Shown one piece after another: positions 9,606-18,428 of a stretch of DNA of 64,000 nt. The DNA comes from Cyanobacteriota bacterium. Its GTDB lineage: Bacteria; Cyanobacteriota; Cyanobacteriia; Cyanobacteriales; Nostocaceae. Position 1 is the stretch's first letter. Each line of letters opens with the position of its first letter. A program made the translations under genes and the position numbers. The notes under the pieces are model-generated. The model was not told the origin of the DNA. It worked only from the letters and a program-made list of their open reading frames with translations, and made no database searches. The stretch spans positions 1-64,000 of the forward strand of contig JBJOKS010000009.1 in assembly GCA_046045965.1 (NCBI GenBank). Direction: 5' to 3'.

Positions 9606-11042
9606 ATGACATCATTACCCAAACCTGATCACGATGACTCAACTACATGGGAAGAAGAACTAGATAGCGCCATTTTCACCTTTGAAGATATTCAAGCGGA
9701 ACTCAACTATACACAAGCAAAAACAGCACTGCGAAATTTAGTTAACAATCTTGATCTTACCACCCAGGAAAAATCCGGCTTAGAAGCGGAAATAGCCGAC
9801 TTAGAAACCATGCTGGGGAAACTAGAAAGTATGGTAGTACAAATAGCGGCCTTTGGGATGGTGGGACGTGGTAAGTCTTCCTTACTCAATGCTTTAGTCG
9901 GTCAACCAGTGTTTGAAACAGGACCCTTACATGGTGTTACCCGTGCAGAACAAAAGGTAAATTGGAGTATTAGTCAAGAAGCGAGCGGGACTTTAAAAGC
10001 TACCTTCCCCTCAACTGGTCAATCGCAAGTAGAATTAGTTGATACTCCGGGTTTAGATGAAGTTGATGGAGAAACCCGCGCTGCGTTAGCTCAACAGGTA
10101 GCAAAACAAGCCGATTTAATTCTGTTTGTGATTTCTGGTGATATGACCAAAATTGAACAGTTGGCGCTTTCCCAGTTGCGAGAAGTAGGTAAACCGATCA
10201 TTTTAGTATTTAACAAAGTTGACCAATATCCAGAAACAGACCGGATCGCAATTTACGAAAAAATCCGCGATGACAGAGTAAGAGAGTTACTTTCACCTGA
10301 TGAAATTGTCATGTCTGCGGCTTCACCTTTGGTCAAAACTGCCGTAGTTCGTGCTGATGGGAGTAGGGGTATACAATTGCGTCAAGGTAATGCTCAAGTA
10401 GATGAACTAAAACTGAAAATTTTAGAGATTTTGCAACGGGAAGGTAAGGCTTTAGTGGCTTTGAACACCATGCTTTATGCTGACACGGTAAATGAGCAAG
10501 TTGTCCAGAGAAAATTAGAAATTAGGGAAAAAAACGCCAATGAGTTAATTTGGAAAGCGGTAATGACCAAAGCATTAGCGATCGCCCTCAATCCTGTTAC
10601 CGTGGTTGATATCCTCAGCAGTATTGTTATTGATATCGCCCTAATTTTGGGTTTATCCAAGCTCTACGGCATCCAAATGACAGAAAAAGGTGCTGTACAA
10701 CTGTTACAAAAAATCGCCCTGAGTATGGGCGGAATTGGCGCTAGTGAACTACTAGCAAACTTAGGTTTAAGTGGTCTAAAAACCTTACTTGGTATCTCTG
10801 CATCAGCTACTGCTGGAGTTACAATTGCACCTTATTTATCCGTAGCCATAACCCAAGCGGGAGTAGCTGGTGTATCTTCCTATGGTATCGGACAAGTCAC
10901 CAAAGCCTATTTAGCGAATGGAGCGACTTGGGGACCAGAAGGACCAAAAGCAGTAGTTAGCCGCATTTTGTCAACCTTGGATGAAACATCAATTTTGAAC
11001 CGCATTAAAGATGAATTGTTAACAAAAGTAAGAAGAAGGTGA
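9606..11042 (+). CDS. Era-like GTP-binding protein with DUF697 C-terminus
   Basis: G1 GMVGRGKSS, G3 DTPG, G4 NKVD; hydrophobic C-terminal helices. Confidence 0.85.
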   Translation: MTSLPKPDHDDSTTWEEELDSAIFTFEDIQAELNYTQAKTALRNLVNNLDLTTQEKSGLEAEIADLETMLGKLESMVVQIAAFGMVGRGKSSLLNALVGQPVFETGPLHGVTRAEQKVNWSISQEASGTLKATFPSTGQSQVELVDTPGLDEVDGETRAALAQQVAKQADLILFVISGDMTKIEQLALSQLREVGKPIILVFNKVDQYPETDRIAIYEKIRDDRVRELLSPDEIVMSAASPLVKTAVVRADGSRGIQLRQGNAQVDELKLKILEILQREGKALVALNTMLYADTVNEQVVQRKLEIREKNANELIWKAVMTKALAIALNPVTVVDILSSIVIDIALILGLSKLYGIQMTEKGAVQLLQKIALSMGGIGASELLANLGLSGLKTLLGISASATAGVTIAPYLSVAITQAGVAGVSSYGIGQVTKAYLANGATWGPEGPKAVVSRILSTLDETSILNRIKDELLTKVRRR

Positions 11043-11107
11043 CTGGGGACTGGGGACTGGGTAATCAATTTTATTTTTCCCAATTACCAATTACCAATTA
11101 CCAATTA
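11041..11107. repeat. STRR heptamer repeats (GACTGGG)3 and (CAATTAC)n
   Basis: Seen directly between the genes. Confidence 0.9.
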
Positions 11108-11862
11108 TGAAATTTATTGGCATTGATTTAGGTTGGAAATCACAACCAAGTGGACTATGTTGTTTAGAATTAAAAGATGGAAAACTGCAACTACTAGATT
11201 TAGATCGCCAAGATGCGATCGCAGATATCTTAACTTGGATAGAGAAAATTGTACAACCAGAAGAACCAGCCATTATTGCTGTAGATGCACCAACATTGAT
11301 CCCCAACCCTACAGGTAGTCGCTTACCAGACAAACTGAGTCATAAATACTTTGGTAAATATCATGCTGGATGCTACCCAGCAAATCAAAACCTAGCCTTT
11401 GCAGAACGTACAATTAACTTTGGCTTAGAATTAGAATCCCGTGGTTTTGTTCATGCACCCAGTATTGAACCCCAAAAACCAGGAAGATATCAAATTGAAG
11501 TTTTCCCACACCCAGCAATAGTTAACTTATTTCAATTAGAACGCATCCTCAAATATAAAAAAGGAAAAATCCAAGAACGCCGTTTAGAACTAACCAAACT
11601 ATATAACTACATCCTCAATATTCTCCCTGCAATTTCTCCTCCTCTGCGTTCTCTGCGTCTCTGCGGTTCGTTTCCTTCAGAAATACCCAACACAGGAAGA
11701 CAACTCAAAGAAACAGAAGATAAACTAGATAGTTTAATTTGCGCTTATGTTGGTGCTTATTGGTGGTTTTGGGGAACAGAAAAAAACCTAGTTTTAGGAG
11801 ATGCAAACACAGGTTATATTGTTGTACCGGAAAGATTGGATACTAATTCAGAAATACTTTAA
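11107..11862 (+). CDS. DUF429 family protein (predicted RNase H-like nuclease)
   Basis: FIGIDLGW, AVDAP, IEVFPHPA and DKLDSLICA motifs. Confidence 0.8.
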   Translation: MKFIGIDLGWKSQPSGLCCLELKDGKLQLLDLDRQDAIADILTWIEKIVQPEEPAIIAVDAPTLIPNPTGSRLPDKLSHKYFGKYHAGCYPANQNLAFAERTINFGLELESRGFVHAPSIEPQKPGRYQIEVFPHPAIVNLFQLERILKYKKGKIQERRLELTKLYNYILNILPAISPPLRSLRLCGSFPSEIPNTGRQLKETEDKLDSLICAYVGAYWWFWGTEKNLVLGDANTGYIVVPERLDTNSEIL

Positions 11863-12253
11863 TATTTACATGAAAACGTTCTGCTAATTGTTGAATTTGA
11901 GTGAAAGTTAATGTTTTTTCTTTGTTTAAAATAGATTTTATGGTTTCAGACGAACCAATTTCATGTAAATCTGATAAAGTCAGTTTGTGTTCTTCCATTA
12001 AATAAGCTAAAACATCACTTCCATGACAATTAGGGAGAGGATAATGTTCTGTTTCATAAGCCTCAATTACCGTTCCCAAGGTATCTAACAAATGATAAAG
12101 AGGATGTTGTTGATTAGTACCGATTTCATCAAGTAAATCATTTAATCTTGTAATTGCTTGTTCATATTCTTCTTCATTACGAATTGTTAGTAAAGGAGAA
12201 ATAGCACTCCAATGGGTATTAATATCTGGGGGAAGAGTAGTTAATTTTTCCAT
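11843..12253 (-). CDS. higA: HigA-like antitoxin with C-terminal HTH
   Basis: IRNEEEYEQA, LGTVIEAYE and LMEEHKLTLSDLHEIGS...LAERFHV. Likely start is the ATG at 12253, overlapping the end of the toxin remnant. Confidence 0.78.
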   Translation of the reverse strand: MEKLTTLPPDINTHWSAISPLLTIRNEEEYEQAITRLNDLLDEIGTNQQHPLYHLLDTLGTVIEAYETEHYPLPNCHGSDVLAYLMEEHKLTLSDLHEIGSSETIKSILNKEKTLTFTQIQQLAERFHVNIKVFLN

Positions 12254-12382
12254 ATATTTTTGTCGTACTCTGAATGAGTTAAGATATAACGAATATAAAC
12301 TTTTTGGCAATTAAAGTGAATAGAAGTAATCAAGCGATATTTATTACCACCAATATTAAACACTATTAAATCACCTACAAGC
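12241..12382 (-). pseudogene. higB: HigB mRNA interferase, C-terminal half only
   Basis: VFNIGGNKYRLI...YIRYILTHSEYDK is the HigB C-terminus. The N-terminal half is absent and a palindromic repeat lies in its place. Confidence 0.8.
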
Positions 12383-12415
12383 AGATCCCCCCAACCCCTC
12401 TTAAAAAGGGGGGCT
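12383..12415. repeat. Palindromic dispersed repeat AGATCCCCCCAACCCCTCTTAAAAAGGGGGGCT
   Basis: Hairpin-forming. A related copy in the opposite orientation lies at 63888-63920. Confidence 0.8.
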
Positions 12416-12503
12416 AAATTTGTCAATATCTTTGGGAGATTTTGATGCAGACAAAAAAATCATTATCCTGAAAATCCTGATTCTGACAATTAAATAATAA
12501 AAA

Positions 12504-12528
12504 GCGTTGCCAATTTCATCAGCAACGC
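12504..12528 (-). terminator. Probable terminator hairpin after glgP
   Basis: GCGTTGC...GCAACGC stem followed by a T-run on the minus strand, just after the glgP stop. Confidence 0.5.
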
Positions 12529-12549
12529 CTAATATTAAAGATTCAAAAA

Positions 12550-15114
12550 CTATTCAGCCCAAGCAATTAACCTGGGTTCATAAGGACTAGAAAGGTATTG
12601 ATTTTGTGGTAAAACACGCAAAGATAAACCTTGCAAACCAGAGGTAGTGTAGGTAATATCTGCCGTGTAAATACTTAAACCTTGGTTATCTTGTCCTTGA
12701 TAATCCATCACCACAGGTACAGCGTTGACAATATCGCCGTTAGCATCAATTGCACCTTGATATAATTCAACCTGCACATCTTTATTTGTTAAAGTGGCTA
12801 AATCAACCTTAGCTTTTACAGCCACAGTTTGATTAACTTCTATTTCCGAAGCTGCGGAGACATCAATATCTTTGATTCTGATGTTAAACCAATGTTCACC
12901 GAGTTTTGCTTTCCAAGCTGCTAATTCCTTAGCTGGTGCGTAATTATCTGTGGTGAGATTATGATAGCGATCGCTGGCAGGAAAATAAGCTCGTTGTGCA
13001 TATTCCCGTACCATTCGCGCAGTATTAAAGAACGGACAATTTAACCGAATTGCATCCTTCATTTTCGCTACCCATTGACGAGGTAAACCATCGCCATCAC
13101 GGTGATCATAAAATAGAGGTACAACTTCCTTTTCTAACAACTCGTAGAGAGCGTTAGCTTCTATCTCATCTTGATAATTAGGATCTTCGTAATTCTCACC
13201 ATGTCCAATAGCCCAACCAGTGCGGACATAATCAGCTTCATCCCACCAACCATCGAGTACACTTAAATTAGGTAGTCCGTTCATAGCAGCTTTCATACCG
13301 CTAGTACCGGAAGCTTCACGGGGACGACGGGGAGTATTTAACCAGATATCACAACCTGCCACCATCAACCGCGCAATGTGAATATCATAGTTGGGAACAA
13401 ACACCACCTGTTTTTCTAAATGATGTTCGCGGATAAAGTGATTGATATCGCGAATTAATTCTTTACCAGGAATATCTTTGGGGTGAGCTTTTCCAGCAAT
13501 GACAAACTGTACCTTGCGGTGTTTATGTCCCACCAAAATCCGCTTAATCCTTTCCAAATCACGCATCCATAAAGTTGCGCGTTTGTAGGTAGCAAAACGA
13601 CGAGCAAAACCAATAGTCAGAACATTGGGATCGAGAACTTCTTGAGCTTGGGCAATATCAGAAGCAGAAGCACCGCGATCGCGTAAATGCTTCACCAAAT
13701 GCTCCCGCACATACAAAATCATATCCAAGCGACAGCGTTCGTGATTACGCCATAACTCTTCATCTGGGATCGCGTCCATCCGTTCCCACATAGGGCTATC
13801 CGGTGCTGCTGATGACCAGTTTGGACCAAGATAGCGATCGTATAACTCCTGAGTTGATTTAGACACACAACTGCGAGCATGAACGCCATTGGTAATTGCG
13901 GTAATTGGCACTTCATCAACCGGGACTTTCTTCCACAAACCTTGGAACATTTGCCGCGATACAACACCGTGCAACTGCGCCACCCCATTAGAAAATGTCG
14001 CCATTTTCAATGCCAAAACTGCCATACTAAAAGGAGCAGATAAATCACCAGTATTTTCGCGACCCAATCCTAAAAATTGTTCCTTTGGTAAACCAAAGAT
14101 ATCTGCATAATATCCCAGATAATACAAAACTTTATCGGGAGCAAACAAATCAATCCCTGCTGGTACAGGGGTGTGGGTAGTAAAAATATTACTGGAAGAC
14201 ACCACCTGTCGAGCTTGAGCATAACTCAAACCTTCTTCCTGAATCAAAATCCGAATTCGTTCCAAAGCCGAGAAAGCCGCATGACCTTCATTCATGTGGT
14301 AAGCTGTCACCTTGTAACCCAAAGCTTTCAACATCTGCACACCACCGATCCCCAGCATAATTTCCTGGTGGATACGCATATCAATGTCACCACCATACAA
14401 CTGATCGGTGATATCGTGGTCATAGGCTTTGTTAGGTTCAATGTTGGTATCCAGCATATACAGGGGAACAGTTCCCACTTGGACACGCCACACCCTAGCG
14501 TATACCTTACGTCCTGGATAATCTACCGCAATCCGTAGCTCTGAGCCATCAGGATTACGTTCCAAGTGCAAAGGCATATTATAGAAATCGTTGATGGGGT
14601 AGCGTTCTTGTTGCCAACCATCAGCATTAAGATACTGGGCAAAGTAACCTTGTTGATATAGTAAGCCTACACCAACTAGCGGTAATCCCAAATCACTAGC
14701 AGATTTGAGGTGATCCCCCGCCAAAACACCCAAACCACCGGAATAGACAGGCAAACAATCTACCAGTCCAAATTCTGCTGAAAAATAAGCGTAGCATTCC
14801 TTGGGTGTCTGACCACGCTGTTTGTGATACCAGGTGCGCTCTTGCAAATAATCGTCTAATTGACGCGCAGCACGATCCATTTGTGCTAGGAAGCCTTCAT
14901 CTTCCACAACTTCCAATAGCCGCCCTTGGCTGATAGTACCCAGCATCAACACTGGGTTATGACGGCTAGATTCCCACAAATCTGGGTCTAGACGACGAAA
15001 TAAGTCTTTGCTCTCAACATTCCAATCAAAGTGTAGATTGTATGCTAATTGCCGCAGTGGTTCTAGTCGTTGCGGTAGGGAAGGAGAAACGTTAAATGTG
15101 CGAATTGGCTGCAT
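12550..15114 (-). CDS. glgP: Glycogen/alpha-glucan phosphorylase
   Basis: YSGGLGVLAGD, NEGHAAF, ARRFATYKRA and the PLP motif EASGTSGMKAAMNG. Confidence 0.95.
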   Translation of the reverse strand: MQPIRTFNVSPSLPQRLEPLRQLAYNLHFDWNVESKDLFRRLDPDLWESSRHNPVLMLGTISQGRLLEVVEDEGFLAQMDRAARQLDDYLQERTWYHKQRGQTPKECYAYFSAEFGLVDCLPVYSGGLGVLAGDHLKSASDLGLPLVGVGLLYQQGYFAQYLNADGWQQERYPINDFYNMPLHLERNPDGSELRIAVDYPGRKVYARVWRVQVGTVPLYMLDTNIEPNKAYDHDITDQLYGGDIDMRIHQEIMLGIGGVQMLKALGYKVTAYHMNEGHAAFSALERIRILIQEEGLSYAQARQVVSSSNIFTTHTPVPAGIDLFAPDKVLYYLGYYADIFGLPKEQFLGLGRENTGDLSAPFSMAVLALKMATFSNGVAQLHGVVSRQMFQGLWKKVPVDEVPITAITNGVHARSCVSKSTQELYDRYLGPNWSSAAPDSPMWERMDAIPDEELWRNHERCRLDMILYVREHLVKHLRDRGASASDIAQAQEVLDPNVLTIGFARRFATYKRATLWMRDLERIKRILVGHKHRKVQFVIAGKAHPKDIPGKELIRDINHFIREHHLEKQVVFVPNYDIHIARLMVAGCDIWLNTPRRPREASGTSGMKAAMNGLPNLSVLDGWWDEADYVRTGWAIGHGENYEDPNYQDEIEANALYELLEKEVVPLFYDHRDGDGLPRQWVAKMKDAIRLNCPFFNTARMVREYAQRAYFPASDRYHNLTTDNYAPAKELAAWKAKLGEHWFNIRIKDIDVSAASEIEVNQTVAVKAKVDLATLTNKDVQVELYQGAIDANGDIVNAVPVVMDYQGQDNQGLSIYTADITYTTSGLQGLSLRVLPQNQYLSSPYEPRLIAWAE

Positions 15115-15560
15115 ATTGTGAGACGAGTTCAAATTTGGCTATGGTTATTGTTTACTGTTTTTACCTAATCTTGCCAATTCTTTATACTATGTTTGTGAAT
15201 TTCTGATGACTTTGTTAAGCATTGAGAATAATTTTCTCATACTTTGCTAGAATTTACACCAAAAAATGTTCTTAGTCTATGGGTTTTCATGACTTAATAT
15301 CCTAATTAACATAAAATTTTATTTCTTGTTGTTACTTAGTATCATCCATACAGTTGAAAAAATTTATAGTTACCATTTAGATTTAGCAAATTTTTGGTGC
15401 GGGAATTATAACTACTTTTATCAACCAAGCGGATAAATTTTAATTATATCTTAATAATTTAAGTATTGCAGTAACCCACAGGAAGAATTTGTGTACTTCA
15501 TGGGTAATTCCTGGTTTATTTCCACAGAAAAAACTCAAATTTATCTAAATTTGTCTAAAA

Positions 15561-15704
15561 TATAGGACTTCTATTTGATTTTTGATAGCGTAGCGTGGCG
15601 TAAGCCATACAGAACTCAGTACATACTGACAGCCTTCTTTCCTGTTAAGAGTTCCCTGTTGCCTGCCTCCACGAAAAATTCATGAATCAAATCGGATCAC
15701 TATA
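15561..15704. mobile_element. MITE-like element with about 21-bp imperfect terminal inverted repeats
   Basis: Left end TATAGGACTTCTATTTGATTT; reverse complement of the right end TATAGTGATCCGATTTGATTC. No coding capacity. Confidence 0.65.
15586..15608. repeat. 23-nt small dispersed repeat, copy 1
   Basis: TAGCGTAGCGTGGCGTAAGCCAT, 22/23 identical to 16462-16484. Confidence 0.85.
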
Positions 15705-15800
15705 ACAGATAATCAAGAAATTATCACCACCAAGTTTGACCAAAAGTGCTAACAACTGCGATTGTACCCAGCTTGGCAAAAATTAATATTATGTTAACAA

Positions 15801-15931
15801 ATAAGTAAATCGACGGGAAAATTTATAACCATGTAACAAAATGTAAATTCAATCAATGCCTTATCAACAGGTCATTTAACGGGGTTTAGAAAACTCAACA
15901 TACATCGCTTTTATCGTGCCGACTTACTTAT
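15801..15931. mobile_element. MITE-like element with ATAAGTAA... imperfect inverted ends
   Basis: Left end ATAAGTAAATCGACGGGAAAA; reverse complement of the right end ATAAGTAAGTCGGCACGATAAAA. Confidence 0.6.
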
Positions 15932-16359
15932 GTTAAGAAAAAAATGAATCAGGTAATCATTTATATCCCGACAGAAGGCTGCTCATAGGTATTATGTGTC
16001 ATAGTTAGAGCTATAGCCGCAGCAAAAGCCATTTCCCCAGCTATTTTATCAGGGTTATTTGCAAGTCTCTAACCAGTAGTTAAAGCTGGCTACACAATTT
16101 CTTGAATTGTAATCATGATTTAACCATCTGTGTCACTTAAAAGGCATACTTGACTCTGGAAGTGGCATTTTGTCCTCATAATTCAGGAGTCAGGTGTTAA
16201 GCAGTAGCCAAGTGCTAACGAGTTTATCAATTATGAATTAATAGCAGTAAATAAGGCTACACAAAGCCAGCCATGAAAAATAAAATTTGAGTAATAAATT
16301 ACAATTTGGAACCGTATAAAATCTGCCATATTGCAATTTTTACAGATACAAATCATAGA

Positions 16360-16495
<136 letters not shown>

Positions 16496-17169
16496 ATAAA
16501 CAGATTTTGTGTTTAAAACTGGCCATTTTTAAAAAAATATGTTATTGTAATTATCAATTGTCATTCAAAGTCGGTAATGTTATTAAAAGCGTGATTTTGT
16601 TAGCCTATCAATCTTTGTGTGCAGCATGATGAGAGCAGAATACTCTACAAATTCATTACCAGACAGCCGTCATAGCAGTCGGGGAAGTGCTTACTTGTTT
16701 GCACCCATGGTCAACTTCAACGTCATGGCAGAAGTTGGTGATAATCCACCATAATTTTATTACTAAAAATTCCTAACTATCATTCAATAAAAATTACATG
16801 ATCTGCTGAATACAAAGGTAATGCTTTCCATCAAACCTTGATGAATAGATGAATGTAATTTTGTTGGAAATAACCTATATTTCAGCCGTTGGGTATCAGC
16901 CAATACGGTGTATTTCAGCATAGTTGTAGGTTAATCTTTTATCTCTATTGGCTCCAACTGAACTGTATCGAGCTATAAACTGTCGTGAGAATAAGATTTT
17001 TACCTAAAAATCAAGCAGGGAAATCAGGTTTTCTCAGGCTGTAGCTGACTGCTGAAATAAACAATAGTTACTAACTCATCACATCCTAGTAGAAATACTA
17101 GAGATGAAAATAGGATTTTGAAAAAACTTCAAACTTCTCAAACAAAATTTATTGGAGATATTTGCAACC

Positions 17170-17865
17170 ATGATTAAACAATATTCAGCCAAATTACAGC
17201 GATTACAAGAACTTATAGCAACTACCTTCTTGGGTGATATTCCGGCAATCTTTTTGGGTCCCCAATTAAGAAGGTTAGTATATCCCCGTCTTTTTGCGGC
17301 TATGGGTAATGGGGTGTACATTCAGCATGGTGCGGAGTTTCTCTGTACTGCTTCTATTGAAATTGGTAACGGAGTACACATCTTTAAAAATGTGCGTTTA
17401 GATGCTCAAGGACACCCAAACAATAAAATTGTTTTAGGAAATGGAGTGGCAATTGAACGCAATGTAGATATAGGCTGTATGGAAAATACTTGCATACACA
17501 TTGATGAAGAAACTTTCATTGCTCCTAATGTTTGTATTGCCGGACCTGGAGACATTAGAATTGGTAAACAATGTATGATAGCATCTCACTCTGGGATCTA
17601 TGCCAATAATCATATTTTTACAGATCCGTTGTTACCTATTAGACAGCAAGGTATTACTCGTCAGGGAATTGTGATTGAGGATGACTGCTGGATAGGACAT
17701 GGAGTAACTGTTTTAGATGGCGTGACTATTGGTAAAGGTAGCGTCATTGGTGCAGGAGCAGTAGTCACTAAAGATATTCCTCCTTATTCCGTTGCTGTGG
17801 GTATACCCGCAAGAGTGATTAAAAGCCGAAATGTCAAGGAATTGGTGCAATCTGCTCAAAATTAG
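17170..17865 (+). CDS. Hexapeptide-repeat (left-handed beta-helix) acyltransferase
   Basis: IVIEDDCWIGHGVTVLDGVTIGKGSVIGAGAVVTKDIPPYSVAVGIPARVIK. The ORF could also start at TTG 17152. Confidence 0.88.
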   Translation: MIKQYSAKLQRLQELIATTFLGDIPAIFLGPQLRRLVYPRLFAAMGNGVYIQHGAEFLCTASIEIGNGVHIFKNVRLDAQGHPNNKIVLGNGVAIERNVDIGCMENTCIHIDEETFIAPNVCIAGPGDIRIGKQCMIASHSGIYANNHIFTDPLLPIRQQGITRQGIVIEDDCWIGHGVTVLDGVTIGKGSVIGAGAVVTKDIPPYSVAVGIPARVIKSRNVKELVQSAQN

Positions 17866-17972
17866 GGTAATGGGTAATGGGTAATTGGTAATTGGTAATT
17901 GGTAATTGGGAAAAATAAAACTGATTACCCAGTCCCCAGTCCCCAGTCCCCAGTCCCCAGTCCCCAGTCCCC
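17866..17972. repeat. STRR repeats (GGTAATT/G)n and (CCCCAGT)n
   Basis: Seen directly. Confidence 0.9.
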
Positions 17973-18097
17973 ATAACTCCTTGTTTCTTTAGAGATAGCT
18001 CCAAAAAGTAACCAGATGTGGTTAAGATAGAGGAGCTATATTTTCTGCATAGCAGATTGCTGAGAACTTTTTTGTCTTACCCCTGGGAGATATTTCT

Positions 18098-18214
18098 ATG
18101 GTGACTTTAAAAATCGCTGTTTATATTGTTGTTGCTTTCTTCGTCGGAATTTTTGTGTTTGGATTTTTGTCAAATGATCCTGCACGTAACCCTGGTCGTC
18201 GGGATTTAGAATAA
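18098..18214 (+). CDS. psbI: Photosystem II reaction centre protein I
   Basis: Manual translation gives [38 protein letters not shown] (38 aa), with a GGAG RBS upstream. Too short for the ORF track. Confidence 0.96.
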   Translation: MVTLKIAVYIVVAFFVGIFVFGFLSNDPARNPGRRDLE

Positions 18215-18428
18215 GAAGACAACAAATCATCTGCAACTGCTGGAAGGTGGAAGACACTAAATGCCCGAAACCTGGCACAAATCTGGCAGAATGATACTGT
18301 GTCATCCTCTTGACGGATTGCTGCAAGTCAGCAAAAGGCGAAAGTCGGAAGGCACGTGTTATGAATCCTTCCGGCTTAATGTTTGGCTTTTAATAGCTGG
18401 CTTTTTTTAGCTCGATTTTCCAACAGAT

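Noticed and set aside
12400..12427. TTGACA on the minus strand as a new promoter for higA
   Set aside because: No TAnnnT -10 element at 16-18 nt spacing.
17866..17972. Tandem repeats as a possible CRISPR array (also 42281-42435 and others)
   Set aside because: The 7-9-nt units have no unique spacers and there are no cas genes; these are ordinary Nostocales STRRs.
18096..18326. 76-aa minus-strand ORF
   Set aside because: Antisense shadow of psbI.
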